Shown here piece by piece: positions 29,697-42,141 of a DNA stretch of 64,000 nucleotides. The notes beneath the pieces are model-generated. The model saw only the letters and a program-made list of their open reading frames with translations, ran no database searches and had not been told where the DNA came from. Position 1 is the stretch's first letter. Every line of letters begins with the position of its first letter. A program made the translations under genes and the position numbers. The DNA is taken from positions 75,020,001 to 75,084,000 of the forward strand of contig NC_045699.1 of NCBI RefSeq assembly GCF_009834535.1, read 5' to 3'. Source of the DNA: Camelus ferus. Its lineage: Eukaryota.

Positions 29697-30300
29697 TTCC
29701 TGACAGTCTTTTTTTTTTTTTTTTTTTTACAGCCATACTAGTGTGTGGTTTTAATTTGCATTTCCCTGATACCTAACGGTGCTGAGCATCTTTCCAAGTG
29801 CAGATGAGCCATTTCTATTATTTGAGCTGTCTTGTCATTGAGTTGTAAGAGGTCTTCTTATATTTGGGCTGTAAGTCCCTTATCAGATACATGATTTGGA
29901 AGTATTTCCTCCCAGTCTATAAGTTGTTTTTAACTTCCATAATTAAAAATGTCTTTTGAAGTGCAAAAGGTTTTAATTTTTATGAAGTCAAATTTATTAA
30001 GTTTTTTTTATTATTTTTATTAAGTTTTTTCTTTCTTCAATCATGCTTTTGATGTTATAGCTAAGAACTCTTTGCTTAAAAATCTTAAAGAATTTTCTAT
30101 ATTTTATTTTAAATGCTTTTAGCTCTTATATTTAGGTCTATGGATCATTTTGTACTAGCTTTTGTATATGATGTGAGGTGAGGATCTAAATTAATCTTTT
30201 TATGTTAATCATTTTACAGTTGTCCCAGCACCAATTCCCACCCTACCTTTTTCCCCCAGCACCATTTTTTATTTTATTTAATTTTTTTCTCAGCACCATT
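29697..30300 (-). mobile_element. L1 fragment, antisense (continues the L1 split by the LTR)
   Basis: gtggttttaatttgcatttccctgat...ctgtaagtcccttatcagatacatgatttggaagtatttcctccc matches the L1 3' region. Confidence 0.8.
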
Positions 30301-30309
30301 TAAAAATGC

Positions 30310-30435
30310 TTTTTAAATTTTATTTTTTGGGGGGATTAGGCTTATTTGCTTATTTTTAGATGTGGTACTGGGGATTGAGCCCAGGACCCTGTGCATGCTA
30401 AGCATGTGCTCTACCACTTGAGCTATATTCTCCCC
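30310..30435 (-). mobile_element. tRNA-derived SINE (Vic-1-like)
   Basis: Minus strand GGGGAGAATATAGCTCAAGTGGTAGAGCACATGCTTAGCATGCACAGGGTCCTGGGCTCAATCCCAG. Confidence 0.85.
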
Positions 30436-30489
30436 TCACCTGGCACCATCCTTGAAAATACCCTTTCCTCCTTGACTTGCCTTGACACC

Positions 30490-31389
30490 TGTGTCATTAG
30501 GGTTCAACCAGCGAAAAACAATCAGTGAGAGATGTATGTATGTATATTAAGGAATTTGTTACAAGAAATCACCTTGCAAGACTGTAGGAGCTAAGGAGAA
30601 AATTTTAAAAATCTTACGGAAGGTGCTGGAAAAAGCAGGCTGAACATCTGGCACGAGTTATCCGTAAGTAGAGCTTCTTCTTCTTCAGGGAAGCCTCAGC
30701 TGTGCTCTTAAGGCCTTTCAGTGGATTGAACCAGGCCCCCCTCCACCCAACCCAGGTCATGTAGGATAATCTCTTCTACCCAAAGTCAAATGATTACGGG
30801 TTCAGTCTCAATAAATTATGAGAAGGGGTGTTGGGGTGAGGAATAGGACTTTATTCAGAAAGCCAGCAGACCGAGAAGATGGCAGACTAATAATGTCCTG
30901 GAGAACCATCGTCCCCAAGTCAGAATTCAGGCTCCTTTTATACTAGAAAGGGGAGAGGGTGTGGTTGGTTCTTGCAGACTTCTTGGTGTCAGAATCCTTT
31001 ATTGTTGCAGCTGTCCACACTGGTCAGATCATGGTGTCCCTGTAAACCTCTCACAAAACAAATGTTATTTTCTATTCTGCAACTTTTTATCTTCCTATGA
31101 ATGGAAAAGTGTTAATATCCTTAAAGGTTATAGCCTTGAGAACAGGCTCTCCTGTCTATTTCAGGCTCTAGGCAACGTTCTTTTACAAAAGGTGCAGAAC
31201 CAGCAAGACTGAGCCCAGGAAACAGAACACAGGGTTAAAGCCAAAGGGACAGATCAACTTGGAGTCAGATTGGTTCTTTTCTATCACATCATCTACAGAC
31301 TGCCTTTACAGCAATGCCTAGACTAGGTTTGGACTGAATAGCTGGGGACTATAGCCCAACCACGTTGACACCTAAAACTGTCCATCATA
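30490..31389 (+). mobile_element. MLT2-type (ERVL) LTR with a 5-bp TSD (ACACC), interrupted by a nested minus-strand LTR at ~30808-31290
   Basis: ACACC at 30485-30489 and 31390-31394; MLT2-like start (tgtgtcattagggttc) and end (gttgacacctaaaactgtccatcata); the nested piece carries minus TATAAAA 30936-30942 and AATAAA 30850-30855. Confidence 0.7.
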
Positions 31390-32596
31390 ACACCTTTGTA
31401 AAAAATTAATTGGCCATGAATGCAATGATTTGTTTCTGGACTTCCAATTCTGTTCCATTGATCTATATGCCTGTTGTTATGTGAGGCAACGTTCTTTTGA
31501 TTTCTTAGCTTTATAAAGTCAGTTTTGCAACTGGGAATTGTGAGTCCTTCAACTTTGTTTTTAGTTTTCAAATTTTGTTTGTTTGTTTGTTTGTTTGTTT
31601 TTCTGGGTCCTTTGCTTTTCTGTATAATTTTTAAGATTGGCTTTTTTTCTGAAAAAAACAAAAAAAACAAATGAACTTCCAAGTCTTGATAGAAATTTCA
31701 TTGTCTTTAGAGATCAATTTGGGGAGAAGTGCCTTCTTGACAATACTGAATCACAGACTTAGAGTTTTTCATCAATTACTTAAGTCTTCCTTAATTTCTT
31801 TCAGCAGTGTTTGCAGTTTTCAGTATGCAAGCCTGGCACTTCTTTTCTTCTATGGATTCCTGAGCATTTTATTCTTTTTGATGCCCTTGCAAGTGAAATT
31901 GTTTTGTCAATGTGATTTTCAGGTCGTTCATTGCTGGCATGCAGATATAAAATTGAATTTTGTATACTGATCTTGGATCCTGTGACCCTGTGGAATGCAT
32001 TTCTTAGTCCCAGTGATTTTTTATGGATTCCTTAGGATTTTCAGCAGATAGTATCATGTTTCTATGTGTAAATACACTTCTTGCTTTCCAATCTGTATGT
32101 GTTTTAGTTCTTTTTCCTACCTGGTTGTACTGGCTAGCACTCCCAGTACAATGTTGACTAGAAGTGATGTTCCTGGCGTTAGAAGCAAAGCACTGGGTCT
32201 TTGACCATTAAAGAGAATGTTAGCTGTAGATTTTCTTACAGGTGTTCTCCATCAGTTTGAGAAAGTTTTATTCTATTCTTTGAGTGTTCAGTGTTTTTAT
32301 CATGAATGCATGTTGGATTTTGTCACTTCATATACTGAGAATATCATGTGGTTGATATCCTTAATTTTATTAACATGGTAGATTACATCAGTTGATTTTC
32401 AGATGTTAAACCAACCTTGCATTCCAGGATTAAATTCCATTGGTCGTGGGGCATAATCCTTTTTATATGCTGCTTATTCAGTTTGGCAATATTTTGTTGA
32501 GGACTTTTGCGTCTATATCTAGGAGGGATATTGGTCTGAAGTTTTGTTTTCTTTTGATATCTTTGCCTGGCTTTGGCCTCAGGATAATTGTACTAG

Positions 32597-33003
32597 TAGT
32601 TTCCTATTAGTGACATAACAAATTATCACAAACTTAATGGCTTAAAACAACTCAAGTTACAGTCTTACAATTGTGTGGATCAGAAGTCCAAATTGGGTCA
32701 AAGTAGGCTAAAATCAAGGTATCAGCAGGGCTGTGTATTTCTGGAAGCTTCGGGAGAGTTTGTTTCCTTGTCTTTTCCAGCTTCTAGGGACTACCTGCCT
32801 TCCTTCACTCAGGAGCCCCTTTCTCCATTTCAAAGCCAGTAGCATTGTATCCCTTTGACCCCCTCTTCTGTCATCATGTGTCTCTCAATCACAGCCAAGA
32901 AAATTTCTCTTATTTTAAGGACTCATTTGACTAGATTGGTTCCATGTCAATAACCCAGGATAATCTCAAGGTCCATATCCTTAATTACATCTGCAAAGTC
33001 CCT
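32597..33003 (+). mobile_element. MaLR MLT1-type LTR
   Basis: cataacaaattatcacaaacttaatggcttaaaacaac...cagaagtccaaa...ggctaaaatcaaggtatcagcagggctg...ttaattacatctgcaaagtccct. Confidence 0.75.
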
Positions 33004-35183
33004 GAGTTAGTTTTAATGCTTTGTGTCTTTCTAGGAACTTACCCAGTTCATCTAAGTTGCCTAATTTTATTAGCATAAAGTTTTTATACTATACTTTCAT
33101 AATCTTTGTAGAAAAAATTTGTTTCTATTTTTGTTTCTGTTTCAGCTAGTACATCCTTCTAGATGTGCTATCAGATTCTAGTCTTTCACAGTTGTTGAGC
33201 TATTTTAGGACTCTGTAGGTAGACACAGACGCAGATTCTGTATTTTCTATTTCTGCCGAAAAGCCTGTTGGAAGTTGTAATTTGGTTACATTGACTCTTC
33301 AGGTCACTTTTAGGGTTTACTGACATCTTAACAATGTTAAGCCTCCTAATCCATGAACATGGTATTTCTTTCCATTTATGTAGCTCTTCTTTAGTTTCTT
33401 TCAGCAATTATTTTTAGTTTTCAGTATATAAGTTTAATGATCATTTTGATGGATATAGAATTCATGATTGATAGTTTTTTTCCTTTTTGCAGTTAAAAAA
33501 ATCATCTCACTGCCTTCAAGTTTCCAGTTGTTTCTTGCAAGGAGTCATCTGTTAACCTCGTTGTGGGCTCCCCCTGCACACCCGTCACCCTGCCCTTGCT
33601 GCTTCATAGAGCTTTCTCCTTGTCGTTGACTTTCAATGTCTTGGCTGCAATGTGCTAGGTGTAGACCCTGTTGAGCTTCTTTAATCTGTGGATTAACGTT
33701 TTGCATCAAATTTGGGAATTTGGGGCATTGTTTCTTCAGAAATTTTTTCCACTTCCTTTTTCTCTTCCCTCTCCTTGTGGGACACCTTTTACACATTTTG
33801 ATATTCTTTATAATATCCCACAGTTCTCCAAGGCTGTGTTTTCTTCATTAATTTTTCTTTATTTTCTTCAGAATGGATGGTTTCCATTGATCTATCTTCA
33901 GAATCACTGATTATTTCTTTTGACTTTTCTAATCCCCTCTAGTGGAATTTTTTTAAAGTCTTTTTCTTTAATAGACAAAAATTTAGAGCAGTTTTATGTT
34001 CTCAGCAAAATAGAGCAGAAGTACAGAGATTTCCCACAAACCCCCTGGCCCTCAAGATGCAAAGCCTCCCCAACTCTCAACATCTCCCACCAGATGGTAC
34101 ATTTATTTACAGTTGATGGACCTACACTGATGTGTAATTATCACTCAGAGTCCATAGTTTACACCAGTGTTCACTCTCGGTGTTGTACATCCTGTGGGTT
34201 TGGACAAGTCTGTGTGACATATGTACATCAGTATAGTATCACACAGAGTGTTTCCCCTGCCCTAAAATCCTCTGTGCTTCGCCTGCTTCTCTCTCTTTTA
34301 ACTCCTGGAAACCACCGGATTTTTTGTTTTGTTTTGTTTTGTTTTGCTGTTGCCATTGTTTCATCTCTTCCAGAATGTTATCATAGGGGTCATACAGTAT
34401 GAGATGTTTTCTGAAAACATACCTTTTCAGATTGGCTTCTCNNNNNNNNNNNNNNNNNNNNNNNNNNNNNNNNNNNNNNNNNNNNNNNNNNNNNNNNNNN
34501 NNNNNNNNNNNNNNNNNNNNNNNNNNNNNNNNNNNNNNNNNNNNNNNNNNNNNNNNNNNNNNNNNNNNNNNNNNNNNNNNNNNNNNNNNNNNNNNNNNNN
34601 NNNNNNNNNNNNNNNNNNNNNNNNNNNNNNNNNNNNNTCCGTGTATATAAATTTACAACTCTTTTGGGTTGTAGTAGCAAGAGGCACCATTGCTGGGTTA
34701 TAAGGTAAGAGTATGTTTAATTTTGTGAGAAACCACCCAGCTGTCCTTCAAAGTGACTGTACCATGTTGCAGTCCCACCAGCAAAGTATAAGACTGCCTG
34801 TTGCTCCACATCCTCACCAGCACTTGGTGTTGTCAGTGTCCTGCATTTTGGCCATTCTCATAGGTATGCAGTGGTGCTGTGTTGTTTTAATTTGCATTCT
34901 CCTGATGACATTTGGTGGGGAGAATCTTTTCATGTGCTGATTTGCTTTCTGTGTATCTCTATTGGTGAGGGGTCTGTAAAGGTCTTTGACTCATTTTTAA
35001 ATCAGGTTGTTTTATCTTTTATTGACGAGTTTTAATAGATCTTTGTATGTTTTGGATAACAGTTCTTTATCAGACATGTATTTTGCCAATATTGCCTACA
35101 TTAATTTTTTTTACTTTGTTCTGATTCTTTTATTTTTATTGACTTACGTATTTTTAAATTGAAGTATAGTTGATTTACAATGC

Positions 35184-35258
35184 TGTGTTAGTTCCAACTA
35201 ACCAGTGTTGTGTTAGTTTCAACTAACTAGTATTGTGTTAGTTTTAACTATTTAGTGT
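35184..35258. repeat. Three 25-bp tandem units inside an L1 3' end
   Basis: tgtgttagttccaactaaccagtgt / tgtgttagtttcaactaactagtat / tgtgttagttttaactatttagtgt. Confidence 0.85.
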
Positions 35259-35409
35259 TAGCAAAGTGATTCAGTTATATATGTGTGTGAATATATATAT
35301 ATATATTTAGTTATATATACACACATATGCATGTATTCTTTTTAGATTTTTTTCATTATAGATTATTACTCTAGATTAATTTTTTGCATATGGATGTCCA
35401 GTTGTTTTA

Positions 35410-36740
35410 GGATCAGAACTTGTGATTTTTCATTTCAGTCGTGCTTTTCAACTCCAGACTTTCTATTTGGTGATTTTTTTATCTTACAATTATTTGTTAC
35501 AAAAAAACTATTACTTTCAGCCTTGAAAGTTTTAGAAGCAAAGCATTTTCTCTTTCTGAAGAATTTAAATATTTGCAGTCAGTGGAAAATGATGGAAGCC
35601 TACGAAAATGTTCTGACAATCCAAAGGAAAAGCATCGTATTTGTCTCCGGAAACATCAGTGGCTGAGATAAAGGAATGCACAGCCAAGCTTTCTTTAGAA
35701 TGCCAGAGCTGAGGTCAGGACTTGCTGCACTATCACAATGGATGTGACTTATTACATGATACAGGGATCAACCAAAGCCAAAATGACTCGTATTGAAGTG
35801 GAACCAGTGATGTTTCTTGGTCTTTCCAGTGCAAAGTTCTTCACACAAATCCTGACCACCTGGAAGGTATTACAGAACCAGCGCAAGGTCTTTGATGGTA
35901 CGCAGCTTGTGATAGATGGACGGCAGTGATCAGTGGGGCAGCTGCAGGTCTTTACGGGCAAAAGTACTCAGTGTTTCCAGAAGGGGTCAGTACAGCCCGG
36001 GAAGAGAAGCGGCAATCAGATCCTCCGCCAGCTCAAAATCTGCTCAGGCTTCCGCTACAGACGCACCAGCCACGCGTTGCTGCGGGTCTCCTCACTGACC
36101 TTCTGCAGCTTTTCTGCTACAAGATGCTCAAGAGGGGAGGAGTGGAAGAGCGCCCCAGACATGGCGACTGGCCGGGCATCTGAGCCGCTGGTCTCCACCC
36201 TCTTGCCTTTGAAGGTGACTGGGCAGCTGTATAGCATCTTAACCTTTTTTCTAAAAGTGATGGAATTTATGCACCCAAAAGAACATTGTGTGGACATTTT
36301 TTTCCAGGAATAAACAAAATGCTTCAAACTTTTTGTGGAATGGACTTAACAAACCGTGGCCCATTCTTCTGCATGTCCTTCATGCTCATCATCCTATGAA
36401 GATGTTTTGCAGGTTTTGAAGTAATCCAAAGTCACTGAGGACCAAGTCTGATGACACATTTGGGCATCAATTTGTAAAGTTAGGGGACGAACATTTGAGT
36501 GTGTCTCAAAAGTGGTTTCAGATACAAGAGTTTTGCATCATTGGGTACGTGCATCACTCCACAATGTCCGAATTGCAGAAACACCGTGTGCTCCATGCCC
36601 TGATGTCCTCCGTGTGCTGTAGCTTTTAACACCAAGTTGACATTCTAAACCCAGACTCACAGCAGGAAGGAGCCATGTGCCCTCTCTAGCGATGGTCTGT
36701 ATTTGGTAATAATCTGATGACAACTGCATATAACTATAAA
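35410..36740. pseudogene. Unidentified ~1.3 kb non-L1 insert, possibly a decayed retrocopy or an LTR/DNA-transposon internal fragment
   Basis: mRNA-like composition between two L1 pieces; long stop-poor frames on both strands; tataaa followed by an A run near 36739-36760. Parent not recognised and no TSD found. Confidence 0.35.
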
Positions 36741-36910
36741 AATCTATTTTTAAAAAAGCTTTTAAAAATTGAGATATCATTCACATACCATACGGTTTAC
36801 CCATCAAAGGTGCGCAATTCGGTGGTTTTTAGTATATTTGCAAAGTTGTGCAACCATCATCATAATCTAATTTTAGAACATTTTTGTCACCTCAAAAAGA
36901 AACCCTGTGA

Positions 36911-37023
36911 GGGGGGAAGGTATAGCTCAGTGGTAGAGTGCGATGCATGAGGTCGTGGGTTCAATTCCCAGCACCTCCATTAGGAATAAATACCTAATTA
37001 ACTGCCCTCAACAACGCCCTCCA
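36911..37023 (+). mobile_element. tRNA-derived SINE (Vic-1-like) with a 16-bp TSD
   Basis: GGGGGGAAGGTATAGCTCAGTGGTAGAGTGC...GGTTCAATTCCCAG; flanked by aaaaagaaaccctgtg and aaaaagaaactctgtg. Confidence 0.9.
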
Positions 37024-37424
37024 AAAAAGAAACTCTGTGCCTCCCCACTATTCTTGCTGCCCCCACTGCCAGCCCTAGGGAATTCCTGTAACTGGGTCAT
37101 TCAGTATTTGTCCTTTTGTGTCTGTCTGCTTTTACTTAGCATTTTCAGCATTAATTTTCAAGTACGTACCAGTATTTCATTCTTTATATGGCTGAATAAT
37201 ATTCCATTGCATATATATTCCACATTGTGTTTGTATCTTCATCAGTTGGTGGACATTTGGGCTGTTTCTACTTTGTGGCTAGCATGAATAGTGCTGCTAT
37301 GAGCTTTTGTATGAGTTTTTTGTGTGGACACATTTTTTATTTCTCTTAGGTGAACACCTGAGCTTGGAAAAGGGTAATACACTTTCTGGGTCATGTGGAC
37401 ACTCTATTTTTAACTTAAAAAAAT

Positions 37425-37548
37425 ATTATTTTTTTTTGGTGGGGGTGGATAATCAGGTGTACTTATGTATAAGTTTTTAGTGGAAGTGCTGGGGACTGAC
37501 CCTGGTGCGTGCTAGGCACGCGCTCTGCCACCGAGCTGTGCCCGCCCC
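37425..37548 (-). mobile_element. tRNA-derived SINE (Vic-1-like), diverged
   Basis: Minus strand GGGGCGGGCACAGCTCGGTGGCAGAGCGCGTGCCTAGCACGCACCAGGGTCAGTCCCCAGCACTTCCACTAAAAA. Confidence 0.8.
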
Positions 37549-37849
37549 TGTNNNNNNNNNNNNNNNNNNNNNNNNNNNNNNNNNNNNNNNNNNNNNNNNN
37601 NNNNNNNNNNNNNNNNNNNNNNNNNNNNNNNNNNNNNNNNNNNNNNNNNNNNNNNNNNNNNNNNNNNNNNNNNNNNNNNNNNNNNNNNNNNNNNNNNNNN
37701 NNNNNNNNNNNNNNNNNNNNNNNNNNNNNNNNNNNNNNNNNNNTTAGTGGATCATTTTCGTCATACTTTCCTTTAATTCTTTTTACATAGTTTCCTTTAC
37801 ATCTTTGAAAATTTTTAAAATACCTGCTGTGACATCTTTAAGTCCAACT

Positions 37850-37904
37850 TCTAGGCCCTCGAGCATGCTAAGCACGCCCTCTGCTCCTGAACTGTGCCCC
37901 CTCC
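37850..37904 (-). mobile_element. Partial SINE head (Vic-1-like)
   Basis: Minus strand GGAGGGGGCACAGTTCAGGAGCAGAGGGCGTGCTTAGCATGCTCGAGGGCCTAG. Confidence 0.5.
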
Positions 37905-38416
37905 AAAAACCAGACATTTTAGATAATGTATCATAGCAACTCTGGCTGATAACAGAGCTCCTGCAGGTCACTCAAGGAAGGCAGCTCTTCCCAGAGATGC
38001 CTGTTTTTCTTGAATAAATGCCTCTCAGTGCCTTTGATCAATTTCCAAAGCCCAGACATTTTTGCTTCTGTTGTAGCATTTTAGGGAAGCGATTTAGTCT
38101 CAGCCCCCCATTCTGGAACTGTCACTGCCCCCTGCTTTGCTTCTGCCTGGGGTTGAACTTCATGTAAATGGGGTCATGGCTTTACTTTGTGTCTGGGCCC
38201 TGAGATCAGCGTTATGTGTGCGAGGTCCATCAACATGTCTAGCTTCTGTTTTCCTTCCTGCAAACATTTTGTTTTAGGAATCTACCACATTTTGTTTATC
38301 CATAACACCAATGGACATTTGATTTGTTTTCATGATTTTTGCTCTTGTGAGTAATGCTGCCTTTAATATTTTTCCCACACCTCTGTGCCCAGGTGCATGC
38401 ACAACAATTTGGGTAT

Positions 38417-38749
38417 TGTTATGGGTTGAACTGTGTCCCGCCAAATTNNNNNNNNNNNNNNNNNNNNNNNNNNNNNNNNNNNNNNNNNNNNNNNNNNNNN
38501 NNNNNNNNNNNNNNNNNNNNNNNNNNNNNNNNNNNNNNNNNNNNNNNNNNNNNNNNNNNNNNNNNNNNNNNNNNNNNNNNNNNNNNNNNATTTGGACACA
38601 GATAGACATACACAGAGGGAAGGGGATGTGAAGGTGCACGGGGAAGGTGGCCGCAGACTGCTGGCCTTCAGAACGGTGGGAGAATGCATTTCTGTTGTTC
38701 AAGCCCCGGTTGTGGTGCTTTGTTAGGGCAGCTCCAGGAAACGGAATCA
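38417..38749 (+). mobile_element. MaLR MLT1A-type LTR spanning an N gap
   Basis: tgttatgggttgaactgtgtccc...cacagagggaaggggatgtgaagg...ggccttcagaacggtgggagaatgcatttctgttgttcaagcc...ttgttagggcagc. Confidence 0.75.
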
Positions 38750-39654
38750 TGTATATACACTGGAGTGGCATCTGGGTCTAAGGGGCTGCACAGTCTCCCA
38801 GAGGCTGCACCCCAATCCCCAGCACAGGGGAGAGCCCCGGTCACCCCGGTACTCACCAACGTTCACTGTTGTCAGCGGTGTCTCATGGCAACTTCAATTT
38901 GCGTTTCCTGGATGACTTTTGTAAAGTGCCCTGTTAATTCTGGACATGAGCCTTGCTGTGTGTGTGGCAAGGACCTCCTTCCGCCTTACTTTCCCCCTCG
39001 CCTGGTGGTGTCTTGATGAAAAGATGTTCTCAATTTTCATGTTTTCATGTGTGTTACTCCTGTCCTTGACTTTTCTTGCTTTTCGTGTCCTTTTTAAGAA
39101 ACCCTTTCTTATCCCTGAGGGCCGGAAGGCGTGTTCCCACATCATGTTGAAGAACACGATTATCTGGATTATTCGCGTATTTGGCTGCATAGTTAGATCT
39201 GCTCCCCACTGTGCCACTGATCTTTGTGTTTTGTGTGACATGGGATCAAATTTTATCTTAACTTCGGTGTGTTCTTCAGTGAGCCACTGCTGCTTCTGCC
39301 ACCGGCGGGCCTCCCCTCCGACTGGCCGGCAGTACTGGTCCAGGATGTGCCTGCCCCCTCCCCGCGCTGCTGCCACTGCACGTTTGCACGGAGTCTTGGG
39401 GTCCTGTGCAGCGCAAGCCCCACCCGGTCCTTCCGGTCTTCTCTTGGCCCTTTGTTTTTTCATAACAATTTTGGAGTCAGCCTGACAAGTTCCTGCCCCA
39501 AACGGTGGGGATTTTGTTCAGGATTCCACTAACTCTACAAACCACCATAACACGGAGTCTTCTCTGGTATGATGTGCTTGGCTGAGCTCCTGTGAGTCTA
39601 GGGTTTTAAAATGCCTCTTGGAGCAGGTACTCAGCTGCGTGTTTATACTGTATA

Positions 39655-39772
39655 AGCGGTATATAGCTCAGTGGTAGAGCACTCACTTAGCTTGCTCAGG
39701 GTGCTGGCTTTAATCCCCAGAACCTCCATTAAAAAATAAAAAAGGTAAACCTAATTACCTCCTCCCCAAAAA
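39655..39772 (+). mobile_element. tRNA-derived SINE (Vic-1-like)
   Basis: TATAGCTCAGTGGTAGAGCAC...AATCCCCAGAACCTCCATTAAAAAATAAAAAAGGTAAACCTAATTACCTCCTCCCCAAAAAA. Confidence 0.85.
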
Positions 39773-41177
39773 ACCCTCTTGGCAATGACTTATTATTTTA
39801 TATGTAGACAGCTTACAGTTTTTTACATTTATTTATAAATCATTTACATCATGTGATGCTGTAATAGTTACTTTACTTTATTTTTTCACATTTTGGTGTA
39901 TACGTTCTAGTGCAAAAGCAAACAGACATATAGTCCTGGATGCACGTCCTGACCTGCTGTGGTTTAAACATTTGGGGGGCCATTGCTTTCTCACGGATCT
40001 AAACATTTTCCAAGGATATCGTGAACTGTAGAACAGCACTCTGGTGTGCATTTACCATTCTCTGCTGTTTTTCCTTAAAGTGAGGTATAGTCAGTGAACA
40101 CTGAGATGCCAGGGCTTCAGGACACACACAGCTGTGTCAGATTCATGCAGCTCCAGGACCCACACCAGTAAAACAGAACATTCTCATCACCTCACAAAGA
40201 TCCTGAGTCCACATCACCTGCGCCCCACACCAGGGAAGCCACTTCTCACCCTAGGTTAGTTTTGGGCGTTATAGAACTTCTAGAACTTTCTTCCTTGTTG
40301 AGCTGCCGTTTGATGTTCCATTGACACTGCCACAAGTGACAGCTTTGTTCCTTCTTACTGCTGAGTGTGTTCCGTTGTGGGCAGCTCACAGCTTTTGAAA
40401 TGACCAGTTGACGGACGGTTGGGTTGGTTGTGGTTTGGGGCGATAAGGAGTGTAACGTCTATGCACACTCCTGTATGTGTTCTGTTTGTGGGTTTTTTTT
40501 TAATGTCCAATTTTTAAAAATTGACATATAGTCATTTTACAGTGTTGCATCAATTGCTGGTGTGCAGCGTAATAATGCAGGCATCCATATGCATACATAC
40601 ATTTGTTTACACGTCCTTTTTCATTATAGGTTACTACAAGCTATTGAACAGAATTCCCTGTGTTTTCATGTGTTTTTAAATATATGGATCAAAAGAGAGG
40701 CCAGGAGTAACCTCTCTGAGAAACTGCCAGACTGATTCCCAATGGGGCTGCACGCCTCACACCCCCACCCGCAGTGCCCGCAGCCCCGGGGCCCCAGGCC
40801 CCGCCGGCAGCAGGTGACCCAGGCTTGTCCAGCTGTAGTCTAGTCACCCGGAGGGTGTTGTTGCTTCAGTCTGAGTCTCTCTGCTGACTGGCGAGGTGGG
40901 GGGTTTTCATGTGCTCTTTGGACGTTGCAGGAATTCTTTGTATATTCTGGGTATGTTCCTTTATATATTCATGTTTATGTATTTCTATTTATAAATATAT
41001 ATTGCTTATTACTCTTTGGTTGTATGCACGTGTCTCAGGTACTTTCTGTAGCATGTGGCTTCCGTTTTTATTCACTTGATGGTGCTTCTTTTTTCTTACT
41101 GCTTTTATTTATTTATTTATTTATTTTTATTAAAAAAATGTTTATTGAAGTGTACTTGATTTACAGTGTTAGTTTCA

Positions 41178-41321
41178 AGGGGGAGGGTATAGCTTAGTGC
41201 TTAGAGCAGGTGCTTAGCATGCACCAGGTCCTGGGTTCAATCCCCAGTACCTCCATGAAAAAGTAACTTAATAAATAAATAAACCTAATTACTTCCCCCC
41301 CCCCCAAAGAAAGCAGAAACA
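41178..41321 (+). mobile_element. tRNA-derived SINE (Vic-1-like) inserted in an L1 3' end
   Basis: GGGGGAGGGTATAGCTTAGTG...GGTCCTGGGTTCAATCCCCAG; imperfect 16-bp TSD tacagtgttagtttca / tacaatattagtttca. Confidence 0.9.
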
Positions 41322-41818
41322 TACAATATTAGTTTCAGGTGTACAGAAAAGTGATTCACTTATACATATGCATACATACATATTTTTTCAGATTCTTTCC
41401 CATTATATGTTATTACAAGAAATTGAATATAGTTCCCTGTGCTCTACAGTAGGTAATGGTGTCTCCTGAGGAACAGAAAATTTTAACCTGAGAAAGGCCA
41501 GTTTATCACTTTTTTTAAATGTGTGCTGCATCTTCTCTACTAAGTATGCCTGCCCTGAAGACATAAAGATACTCTTTTATGTTTTCTTCTGGCAATTTTA
41601 TTATGAAACCATTTATATTTAGGTCTGTAGTCCATCTCTATTTCTAGAAATGATGTGACATAAGGGTCAAAGTTTTCTTTTCCCACAAGGATAAATGTTG
41701 TTCACTGTCCATTTGTTGAAGAGATTTTTCTTACCCCACTGAATTGCACTGGCCCACGTGCTAAGAATAATTTAACAGTGCATTTCGAGGCTATTTCTCA
41801 ATTGGCATTAATCTTATT

Positions 41819-41942
41819 TTTTTAGTGGTATTTCTTGGGGGAGGTAATTCGGTTTATTTATTCTTGTTTTCTCTGTTTTTATTACTGGAGGCACCGGTAA
41901 CAAGCCCAGGACTCGCGCTCCACCACTGAGCTGTGCCCTCCC
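41819..41942 (-). mobile_element. tRNA-derived SINE (Vic-1-like), diverged
   Basis: Minus strand GGGAGGGCACAGCTCAGTGGTGGAGCGCGAGTCCTGGGCTTG...AATAAATAAACCGAATTACCTCCCCCAAG. Confidence 0.75.
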
Positions 41943-42096
41943 TTTGCAATCTGTCTGTTCCTCTATCTTTTTGGCCAATTCCAGTCTTGAAGCCCCTGGA
42001 ATCCTCCTATTTTGTTCTTTACCTTCAACATTATTTTGTCTGTTATTTGTCATTTGCCCTTGCAGATGGATTTTTAAAATCATCTTGTTAGTTCAT

Positions 42097-42141
42097 ACGC
42101 ACACACACGCACACATGCACGCGCGCACACACACACGCGCA
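42097..42141. repeat. Alternating purine-pyrimidine (CA/CG)n tract
   Basis: acgcacacacacgcacacatgcacgcgcgcacacacacacgcgca. Confidence 0.8.

Larger units (their letters stand above)
31390..35410 (-). mobile_element. Fragmented L1 (ORF2, ORF1 and 3'-end pieces), antisense, interrupted by an MLT1 element and an N gap
   Basis: Minus-strand peptides HIDQWNRIGSPET...GQLIF (31323-31682) and [21 protein letters not shown] (33186-33407) are L1 ORF2-like; FPNLMQNVNPQIKEAQ (33545-33796) is ORF1-like. Confidence 0.85.

Noticed and set aside
26704-31290. Three ERV1-type solo LTRs all in minus orientation
   Set aside because: One-in-four chance with three elements; not evidence of selection.
36911-36980. 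tRNA-like sequences (TAGCTCAGTGGTAGAG...GGTTCAATTCCC), here and at 7 other sites
   Set aside because: They are SINE heads with A-rich tails, some with TSDs; no intact cloverleaf, so not called tRNA genes.
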